Assembly (NCBI GenBank): GCA_951406725.2
Contig: OX597826.1
Coordinates: forward strand, 80,166,001 to 80,230,000
Origin: Octopus vulgaris
Lineage: Eukaryota
Length of the DNA stretch: 64,000 nucleotides
Reading direction: 5' to 3'
Each line of letters begins with the position of its first letter. Position 1 is the first letter of the stretch. Under the pieces are notes generated by a model, which saw only the letters and a list, made by a program, of their open reading frames with translations, made no database searches and was not told the origin of the DNA. This document shows, one piece after another, positions 13,766-24,408 of this stretch. A program made the translations under genes and the position numbers.

Positions 13766-14193
13766 GGATTACTGAAAGAAACAGAAAATTACTACTAAAA
13801 TATTAACAGAAAAAAATTTCCCAAAATCATTGCCTTATGCCTTTGTTCACGAGTCCTTTATTAAACATCGTGTATCTAGAGCTATATCATCTAATTTCTG
13901 GATACTTTTGTTTCGATTCGTAAGAGAACAGACAGCCAAAGAAGCTGTTATTGTAAATGGCCGTTGATCGTCAGGCCGATGATTAGATGAAGGTCTTTGA
14001 TAAACTCTTCAATAGCTGTATCTAACACATATGGCTGTATCTAACATAAAAATACTCTTACCTGGATCAAAATGAGGGGAGATCCGATTGTCATAGTTCA
14101 GGAGGATGTTTTTGATCACTTCAGACCTGTGAGGAGTAAAAGAAAGTAGGTTAGTAACGTCACGGAGGAAAAAGAAATCAAGTATATACATAC

Positions 14194-14232
<39 letters not shown>

Positions 14233-14476
14233 CATATATATATACAGAATATGGGAGTTTAGTTCACTGTTGATCTAAACGAACAGGTAGGCTGGGTAAG
14301 TGTTGTAACGGATCGTCAGGGTTCCAAGCTCGGAACTGTGACGGGAGCTATGGATCCATCTTAGGTTTCCAATTTAGCAGAGATATATATATTTGTGAAA
14401 GAGGACAACAAACGCCGAGGCATAACAAGCATTTCAAGTCATATACATTGTTTTATATTATTCTTAAATTAGTTGA

Positions 14477-14551
14477 GTCCTTACAGCTGTTTCTGAGATA
14501 TCCCAAGTGATAGAGTATGTCTGAATATGGGATATTCCGTCATCAGAGAAC
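14477..14551 (-). ncRNA. minimal type I hammerhead ribozyme (Penelope-like element type)
   Basis: Minus strand reads GTTCT-CTGATGA-CGGAATATCCCA...TGGGATATCTCA-GAAAC-AGCTG-TA-AGGAC. Stem I GTTCT/AGGAC, stem II ATATCCCA/TGGGATAT, palindromic stem III ACAGCTGT, GUA triplet. Confidence 0.8.
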
Positions 14552-14815
14552 ATATGAAAGATCCAGACATGGAAATATTCAGATATAAGATCTAGACATG
14601 GAAAATTCGCGAATAATAAACAATGAAATAGAAAAGTAAAGGAAATAAGGAAATGAAGTTCACATTTCATTTTTCAGAGAGTATCGATGTTAGTCCGAAT
14701 GCTCTTAGGTAAAATCCAAGATAAATCCAGGCAGTATTATGGTAAAGTATGAGTTGTGTGTTCGCCACAAACCGGTCATCTCAAAATGAACACACCATTC
14801 CCATTATTGCCAAAA

Positions 14816-15213
14816 TATTCCTTTCTACTCTAGGTACAAGGCCCGATATTTTTGGAGAGGGCGCCAGTCAATTAGATCGACCCCAGTACGCAGTTGGTAC
14901 TAAATTCGTCGACCTCGAAAGGATGAAAGGCAAAGTCGACGTCGGCGGAATTTGAACTGAGAACGTAACGACAGACGAAATACCTATTTCTTTACTACCC
15001 ACAAGGGGCTAAACACAGAGAGGACAAACAAGGACAAACGGATTAAGTCGATTACATCGACCCCATTGCGTAACTGGTACTTATTTAATCGACCCCGAAA
15101 GGATGAAAGACAAAGTCGACCTCGGCGGAATTTGAACTCAGAATGTAGCGGCAGACGAAATACCTCTAAGCATTTCACCCGGCGTGCTAACGATTCTACC
15201 AGCTCGCCGCCTT
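14816..15213 (-). mobile_element. SINE family B, dimeric
   Basis: Head GGCGGCGAGCTGGTAGAATCG, then two copies of the body GAGTTCAAATTCCGCCGAGGTCGACTTTGCCTTTCATCC with different tails. Confidence 0.9.
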
Positions 15214-16783
15214 CACTGGTGCATTGTAATGGAAGAGAGTCAAAGCCGACCTCGGCAGTATTTGATCTCGGGATTTAAAGGAATGTAACTAAACACTGCA
15301 AGCAATTTTATCCGACACTCCACCGGTTTTACTACTCCGTCACGTTGCACTCCTCCACAAATCTCAATAATGTTATTATGGGAATACATTATTAAGTTAA
15401 TGCACACATACTGTTAAACGTATAACAAACTGAAATAATAATTGACATTGTCTGGTTTAATATTTTGCGTTGGCACACTCATCTGAAGCATCTGAATTAA
15501 CTTAATTCCATTATTACTGCCGTCACTCGAAATCGATTCCAAATTTGCTTCAGCATTCACTTAGTTCCTGTTTGCTTGTCTTTGGGACGAGGAGCCGAAT
15601 TTTTGAGAGATTAAAATGAATGTCGCTTATGTTAACGCTTTACAAAATAATAATAATAATAATAATAATATTAACTCTGCATTTTTGACTGTTTCGACTA
15701 ACATTTTAAAACCAGAATGATTTTTAATACATTTCTCTCAAACCCGGAAAATAAAAACAAAAGAATTTTAAAATAATTATGTCTTAATGGGAATATGAGA
15801 AAATAATTAGATGTCACAGGTTGTCAACAGCAACAACGGGATGCGTCAGTTTTGAGAACCTATTTGTGCTGAGTGGTTGCTGCTGAGAGTAAACCTTTGA
15901 GTGGCAGCGAGTTTGATAGGAATAGTTCTTCGCTCGTATGTACAGGTCAGCGCAAACACAGAGGTCGTCGAATTTCAATCCCCTTACTAATTTCGTCACA
16001 TAATCAACCCTGACCAAAGTGGATTCGAAATTCGCTTCACTTCTATCTTAATTACTGTTATATCTTGTCAAGGAGCCGTGGGCCATGAATATCGATTGAT
16101 GGAAGAGTAAAACATTTATTGGAAATGAAAAAAAAAATCCTGATTGTTTACAGCGATTTCAAAACAGATTTTAAAATTACAATGTCGTTTAATACATTTC
16201 TAGATTTCACATTAAATAAATATATGATAATCATCATAACACCGACTACCTTTTGATCGTTGTGCACTCAAAGTGATCAAATATTTTGCGTCAAGGAACT
16301 AAAATTACACGGCTTAATTACATGTGTATCTATTTATTTTATGTGTGTGTGTGTGTTTGTGTGTGCATAAATGTATATCTAAAATTCTCCTCTCTTGCTC
16401 AAAACGTGCACACTCACTCACACACACACACACATACATACACACACACAATTAATTTTGGGTTATTCAAATATCTGATACTCAGCAGTTTCCTGGAAGT
16501 CTAGCAGACTCGTGTGACCAAGTAAGCTCGATGGAAAAACAACAGGTTACTTCTTCTCACGGTAGATGGACGGGGAGTGTACGAATGGTCGAACGATTAA
16601 ACGTAATAAAAAAAAAGACGGTATTGAATGGCTCCATGCTCGTCTTCCGGCATCAGAGCTTGTCTAAGGCTCAGACATAAGTCAGCAGGGAAGAAACGAC
16701 AAAAGCATGAAAGTGATAAAAATGGATGCAATGGAAGGGAAGCAACTGAGATGGCAACTTCGTACCTCTCTTATTCTTGTAGT

Positions 16784-17147
16784 CTTTTGCTTTTTTTCAG
16801 TCATTTGACTGCAGCCATGCTGCAGCACCGCATTAAAGGGTGTTAGTCGAAGAAATCTACCCCCAGCATGTTTTCTTTGTAAGACTAGTATTTATTCTAT
16901 CGGCTTTGTTTGCTAAGTTACAGGGGACATAAACGCACCAGTATCGGTTGTCAAGCGATGGCGGTGGGGACAAACAAAAACACGCATACGCAAATATATA
17001 TATATATATATATATATGTAAAATAATATGTGACAATTATTCTGTAGCTACCGAATAATTGTCACATATTATTTTACGGATAAATTTCCTCTATTTACAT
17101 AATATTGAGGTCTCTTTCTTTCTTTTGTTATTTTACCGTTTTTACTA

Positions 17148-17227
<80 letters not shown>

Positions 17228-17773
17228 GTATTCCGTCGGTTACGACGACGAGGGTCCCAGCTGATAGGATCACTGGAACAGCTTGCTCGTGAAATCAACG
17301 TGCATGTGGGTGAACGCTCCACAGACACCTGTACCCTTAACGTAGTTCTCCCGGAGTTTCACCCTGACATACAGTGTGACAAGGCCGGCCCTTTGAAATA
17401 CAGGTACTACTCATTTTTACCAGGTGAATGGACTGGAGCAACGTGAGATAAAGTCCCTTGCTCAAGGTTACAACGCGTCGTCGAGAATTGAACACACGAG
17501 CTTGCGATCGTGAGCCGAATACCCTAACCACTAAGCCACGCGCCTTCACACACGCACACACACACAAACACACAAACACACACACATATATATATATATA
17601 TATAAATTCGACGGTTTTTTAAAATTTCTGTCTACCAAATCCACTCGCAAGACTTTGATCGTCCCGCATCTATAGTAGAAGACACTTGTCCAAGGTACCA
17701 CGCAGTGGGACTGAACCCAGAACCATGTGGTTGGGAAGCAAGTTTTTTACCATACAGCCACACCTGCGCCTGT
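16784..17773 (-). mobile_element. SINE family C interrupted by nested insertions
   Basis: 3' half at 16784-16980 and 5' half at 17610-17773. The internal TA tract hosts a family A SINE and a fold-back insert. Confidence 0.8.
17225..17549 (-). mobile_element. SINE family A
   Basis: Near-identical to 1569-1893; A and B boxes on the minus strand. Confidence 0.9.
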
Positions 17774-17964
17774 AGAAACAATACATATTTATTTCTTTAT
17801 TGCCCACAGGGGGCTAAACATAGAGAAGCACAGAACTTATTTTACATATATTTAAGAAATAACAAATATTACCGATAGCCTTGTGGACTTTGATCACAGA
17901 AGTTAAAATGGTGGGAAAATGAAGCATTGAACCGTGATATACTTTCTACGAGTTTGATTCTTTC

Positions 17965-18162
17965 TAAAATAAGCGCAAGGCTTGATTTATTTTATGGGAA
18001 AGGGTCAGTCGATTAGATCGACCCCAGTGCTCAACTAGTTTATCAACCCCGAAAGAATGAAACGCAAAGTCGACCTCGATGGCATTTGGAGTCAGAACGT
18101 GAGACCGGAAAAAATACCGCTTATTATTTTGTCCGACTCGCTAATGATTCTGCCAGCTGGCT
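17965..18162 (-). mobile_element. SINE family B monomer (degenerate)
   Basis: CAGTCGATTAGATCGACCCCAGT...AAAGTCGACCTCG...GATTCTGCCAGCT. Confidence 0.8.
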
Positions 18163-18770
18163 CTCTTTAGATGATGTAACAATGTAATGGGGAAATGGTG
18201 GAAGAACTACCATAGGAAAGAGCAAAGACAGAGGGCACCGAGAGTGAAGATAAAATGAAACACAACCATAAAATATTAAAGCAAATATAGAAAGTGAAAG
18301 AAGCATGCTATAGAGTTTGGGAAATACAGATTTTAGTGTTCATTGTCCCGGGCGATGCATCATCGGACAAGGGGTTGATTCGATATCCATGTTGAAAGAA
18401 AAAAGAGATAGAGCCACTATCCATAAAGAGTAGAGCCGAAAAGACGAACACATATAACGAGGTTACTCGTGAGTAAGCGACATGTGCAGCTTGTAGAGTG
18501 CAGAGCAAAAATAGAATTTTCACCTTGGCCTCGCATTTACCGTTACGGGAAGTTGTCTGCTACTTTCGTCTACTTTATTCTGTTCGATGAACCGGCGAAA
18601 TGTCAAGAATACTTCAAAGTAACACAAGTGGGTCGACCGAAATACTTTAACAATTTCCACCATGTTATCGAGTATTTTTGCTCATTCATGTATATGGATG
18701 CATGGATGTATGTATGTCTGTATGTATGTGTGTATGTATATACATACACACATAGATATCTATCTATCTA

Positions 18771-18821
<51 letters not shown>

Positions 18822-18848
18822 ATATATGTGTATATATACATATATGTG

Positions 18849-18912
<64 letters not shown>

Positions 18913-19024
18913 CACATACATAGACACACACAAACACATTTATCATATCAGTATAGTGCTTGTGCAGATATGTGCAAAGGGATGTAATTTCAATTGCTTC
19001 TGAAAATATATCGTTACCTACCTT

Positions 19025-19103
<79 letters not shown>

Positions 19104-19681
19104 GTCTGTCTGTCTGTCTATATATATATACCTGTCTGTCTGTCTATCTCTGTCTATCTGCTTATCTGTCTATCTGTCTACCTACCTACTTATCTATCTA
19201 TCTATCTCTAAATGTATATATATATATATGAGCGTCTACATTTGTGTGTGTGTGTTTATCTTATGTATAGATGTGAGCGTATGGAATCCAGACTGCTTTG
19301 TTTTTTTCAATCGGATACAATGCCCTCGATACACAAATAGATTGAGTCTATTTTAAATAAAGCTGACACCACGTAAAGGGCGAACCGAGATTCACTTACC
19401 CGATTATTCAAACGTGAAATGATAGCTAAAACTTTAAAATTCTAACTTCCTATGCAATATATATATATATATATATATATGATTGTAATATATACATGTG
19501 TACATGCTTGTGTGATGTATATATGTATGTATGTTTGTATGTCTGCGTGTATGTATGCATGTATATATGTATAAATGCATGCATGCTTGTATGTATGTAT
19601 GTATATATATGTATATATGTATGCATGCTTGTATGTATGTATGCGTGTATGTATGTATATATGCATGTATGCTTGTATGTA

Positions 19682-19717
<36 letters not shown>

Positions 19718-19931
19718 TGAATTTATCTACAAAACGGGAAGTTACATTGCAGAACAGTCATTTTAACGAGTCGTATTTATTTAGCACCCGATGAAATACG
19801 TCTGCATCACCGGATGCTCCTGAACCAGTTGTTGAGTGTCCCACCCAAGAGGAATCGGTCGTTAATGTGTCGAAACAATTGTCGCGATTAATAGTAAATT
19901 ATCGTATATTCCATCTTCCGTCTTTCATATG

Positions 19932-19980
<49 letters not shown>

Positions 19981-19983
<3 letters not shown>

Positions 19984-20217
19984 CGGAGTAAACACATAAA
20001 TGTGAAACAAGATGGAAAAAAGAGTACTCAAATACCAGTGGTAGAGTAATATGCTTTATTTTAAGCAGCAGAAAATTCAACAAAATCTGTTACTCTGAGT
20101 TTCTCGTTGCCGTTCATCAGGCAGTTTTTGCTAGATTCTAGCAAAAACTGTCTGATGAACGGCAACGAGAAACTCAGAGTAACAGATTTTGTTGAATTTT
20201 CTGCTGCTTAAAATAAA

Positions 20218-20222
<5 letters not shown>
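19981..20222 (-). mobile_element. fold-back Penelope-like pLTR remnant in (TA)n with two hammerhead motifs
   Basis: About 85-bp near-perfect palindrome centred at 20136. Hammerhead motifs at 20086-20123 (-) and 20148-20185 (+). Flanked both sides by (TA)n. Confidence 0.75.
20148..20185 (+). ncRNA. minimal hammerhead ribozyme
   Basis: CTGT-CTGATGA-ACG GCAA CGA-GAAAC-TCAGAG-TA-ACAG. Stem I CTGT/ACAG, GCAA-capped stem II, stem III ACTC-A-GAGT, GUA triplet ending at 20181. Confidence 0.75.
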
Positions 20223-20256
<34 letters not shown>

Positions 20257-20507
20257 TTCGACTGCGGCCATACTGCAGCACCACCCAGACGATTTTTTGT
20301 CGAATGATTCGACTGTAGTACTTATTTTTTTAAAAAGTCTTTTACTTCTGTCGGTGTCTCAGCACACCGGTTACCTTCTGGTGGTGGCGGTGGTGGTGGG
20401 TCAGACTAACACAAACACACACACGCACTACTCGAAACACACATATTATTAAGTAAGAAAATGGAGAGATTCAACGGATATAGATTAATTTATTAACATT
20501 TTCAAAA

Positions 20508-20611
20508 GACCTACAATTGTTTCAATTCACACTAAATAAATACAAATTACAAACATATAGAATAAAATAAGTTTACATTCTGAATATTTAGAGTAAAATA
20601 TCTTCAGGGCC
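20508..20611 (-). ncRNA. minimal hammerhead ribozyme with long AU-rich stem II
   Basis: Minus strand reads GGCC-CTGAAGA-TATTTTACTCTAAATA...TATTTAGTGTGAATT-GAAAC-AATTG-TA-GGTC, with palindromic stem III ACAATTGT. Confidence 0.8.
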
Positions 20612-20754
20612 AATGGACATTAAGAATCTCAATTGAGATTCCCCGACAGACTCACTGAAGCGTGTCGTTCTGACTGAATCTTGTAGTATGTATGGTTGGT
20701 TAGAAATAGTTTGATCTTTGTGTCTAGGCGATTTTCCGTCACGTATCGTTGCAA

Positions 20755-21140
20755 TGAGGTTGTAAGGCAGATTAAACCAGATGATTTTCTGTTCTATTTC
20801 GTAATTCGTTCCGTTATCTTTCGTGTATTCTAATTCTCTTTTGGTGTTGTTTATAATTCGGAAATTCTCTTCGCTATGTTGTTAACATAGTTCTACTTAA
20901 TTGACGGTAAGCGGTTGAATATTCGTTTGTTTAAAGAATTACTTCCTTTGGCTTACCATAGGGCAGTTTGGTTTCTCTTTTCTTCGTGGATTTAAATATA
21001 TTGTTACACCAAGGAAATTTGCAATGAATAGATTTGTGATGATAGTTATTTTCAGACGGCAAACTTTCAAACCATTTATTTGGAGAATTATAAACTTGTC
21101 TCATTTGTGACTGCTCATATTTATGAAGGTTACTAAGCAC
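20755..21140 (-). pseudogene. Penelope-like element (Neptune-type) RT C-terminal/thumb remnant
   Basis: Frameshifted pieces RLKITIITNLFIANFLGVTIYLN, KLPYGKPKEVIL, NYVNNIAKRISEL and QKIIWFNLPYN match, in order, the recalled PLE motifs LKIT..NL..VNFLDVT, PYRKP, KRIS and IIWFNPPY. Confidence 0.8.
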
Positions 21141-21342
21141 TTGGTTCTCTATGACTCTATTTTTAATTACTTGGGTATTTTACTCGTTTCTCCAAGTACA
21201 CACACAAACACACACACGCGCACACACAAAGCCACTCACAGACATACGCGTCATGAAAAAGGAACTAACTTTATATGTACGTGTATACATACATACATAT
21301 ATACATACATACATACATACGTACATATATATATATATATAT

Positions 21343-21404
<62 letters not shown>

Positions 21405-21480
21405 ATATGTGTGTGTGTGCATTTGTATCTGTGTAGGTAAGTATACACGCGTATGTAATGGATACATGTGTGTCTGTGTG

Positions 21481-21529
<49 letters not shown>

Positions 21530-21952
21530 GTGTGTGTGTGTGAGTGTGAATTTTTATTTCTTTCATTTTAAACATGCATGTAGGTTGTGTGTTTGCATAA
21601 TTGTGTGTATAAAAGTTGTATATAATAATTATTCCCACCTAAATGTCAACAACATTTAATGCATAATTGTACCGAAACATATCAAACTATTTTTCCTCAG
21701 GTTCAATTTTAAATGTTGACAAAGTATATATTATTCATCAAATTACTTTTAGCAGTAATATCTTTACTCCATAATTTGTTAACGCTCTTGTTAGCTCTGT
21801 GTCTTTTTATTGTTATTATCGCCTCTCTTGAAAACTTTTGAATGGTGAATTTGTTAACTTTGGTTTGTACTAGATAAGGATAAACTATTTATTACTGTTA
21901 CTAAATTTTCTACAGCCACCTTCACATTCCATGACTACCATTGGGATCAAAC

Positions 21953-22343
21953 CTAGGCACAAGGCCCGAAATTTTGGAGATGGGGAGGGGTCAGTCGATT
22001 AGATCGACCCCAACACGCAACTGTTATTTAATTTATCGACCTCCGAATGGATAAAAGGCAAAGTTGACCTCGGCGGAATTTGAACTCACAACGTAGCGGC
22101 AGACGAAATACCTATTTCTTTACTACCCACAAGGGGCTACACACAGAGAGGACAAACAAGGACAGACGAACGGATTAAGTCGATTATATCGACCCCAGTG
22201 CGTAACTGGTACTTATTTAATCGACCCCAAAAGGATGAAAGGTAAAGTCGACCTCGGCGGAATTTGAACTCAGAACGTAGCGGCAGACAAAATAATGCTA
22301 AGCATTTCGCCCGACGTGCTAACGTTTCTGCCAGCTCGCCACC
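21953..22343 (-). mobile_element. SINE family B, dimeric
   Basis: Same architecture as 14816-15213. Flanked by a 22-bp near-duplication TTCCATGACTACYAYTGGGATC at 21927-21948 and 22347-22368. Confidence 0.9.
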
Positions 22344-22761
22344 TTTTCCATGACTACTACTGGGATCGATGAGGTAACGGACAAATATTCGAGATTATTT
22401 TTCGTCTTTTTTTTAAACTTAATTCGTTTTTAGTATTCGCGTTTGTCGAGTTTATTTCAGATGTTCTCATTTTAAAAATTACGTTTGGATAATCCTTGAG
22501 AGGACGTTGGTGTTTCCTTCGCGGAGGTTTGCGCTCTCTGAGTGCTCTTGCTGTTGTTCTAAGAGGGTAAGTCGATCTACTCCACTTACCCACTTCGCGA
22601 ACTTGTTGGCCTTGTGCCAAAATTTGAAATCATCATCATCATCATTATTATTATTATTATTATTATTGTTACTTTGTTTTTTCTTCTTTCAAATTTGCTT
22701 CCATTTCTTGCCGAGTGTCTTTCCGACTCCTAGGGCAATTATAATAATAATAATAATAATA

Positions 22762-22806
<45 letters not shown>

Positions 22807-22809
<3 letters not shown>

Positions 22810-23820
22810 TTTGCACAGCTTCTACAGTGTCAATTGTTCACTACCAGTGAACTAAGGTAACACCTCTTATTTTTCGAGCACCTTCCGGAGTATTCGAGCT
22901 GTTCCAAGCAGTGCTGTTTTCTGCAAGTGCTCCACCCTTATTACAATCCCTATTTGTTCCACGTACGTCTCATGATTTTTGCTCACTGTTCCCAGAGCTC
23001 CGATAATTATTATTACTACTGCTACCTTTTTCATCGACCACAACTGCTTAACTTCCCAAGTTAACCTAACATATCTCTCGACCTTTCTTTCTTCATTATC
23101 GCATATCTTGTCAGCTGTCTATGATCCAGCATAGTTTGTTTTCTTTCTCAATTAAGACTATGTCCGGCTTTCTATTCTTTATCTCATGGTCGCACTGAAT
23201 TATAAAATCCCACAGGATCTTTGCATTATCATTTTCGACGATGCCTTCAGGTTTGTGGTCGTACCAATTTTTTCCTCTGTCAAGACCATACTTGTTGCAA
23301 AGTGTCCAGTGGACAAGCCTGGCTATATTGTCGTGGCGTCTCTAATATTCTTTCTGGGCTTGTGGCGTACACTGGCTGGTAATATGTCATACGGTTTCAC
23401 CGTTTTGTCCACAGATTCTGCACTTATCTCTTTCTGCTGGGTTGTCTGTTCTGCATTTTATGTAGTTTGTTCTTAGTGCTTGATCTTGGGCAGCACAGAT
23501 TAGCGCCTCCGTTTCCAGTTTTAAATCCCTTTTAGTCATCCACAACCATCTTTTTCCTCTGTCTGTCTTATCTTCAACATCCCTATGAAATTGACCATGC
23601 ATTCTTTACTTTATCCACCTATTTTCAGTTTCATTCGTTTTCAATTTCTTGTATAGTGCTTTATCTTTGCAATCTTCCATCCTACACAAACCTGACCTTC
23701 CTACTTCTAATAATAGCGGTTCTGTGGCATTTTTTACATAGCATGCTATGTTGTTTTCTACCGCTCTAATGCTGTGTTCGCTTCCAATAAGTCCTCTTCC
23801 CCCTCTTTTTCTTGGTGCAC
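22807..23820 (-). pseudogene. decayed R4/Dong-clade non-LTR retrotransposon, 3' part (second subfamily)
   Basis: PRKRGGRGL, MHGQF, ETEALICAAQDQALRTN, CRIC...ETV*H...C, RRHD, KPDIVL motifs with stops and frameshifts. 3' end runs into (TAA)n at about 22806. Confidence 0.92.
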
Positions 23821-24012
23821 TTTTCAAACACCAAAGAATTTGTCTCAACATATGGCTATGATGCTTCCCCACTCATGATCAGAGATGCACATATCGTCAG
23901 CCACTAAGGGACATGCTCAACTGGTTAAGGTCAAACAACTGACAAGCAAATCTGTGGTATTGAGCAGAATATTTGCTGTAGCCCATCTTTTATACCAAGA
24001 CAAAACGCGTAC

Positions 24013-24408
<396 letters not shown>

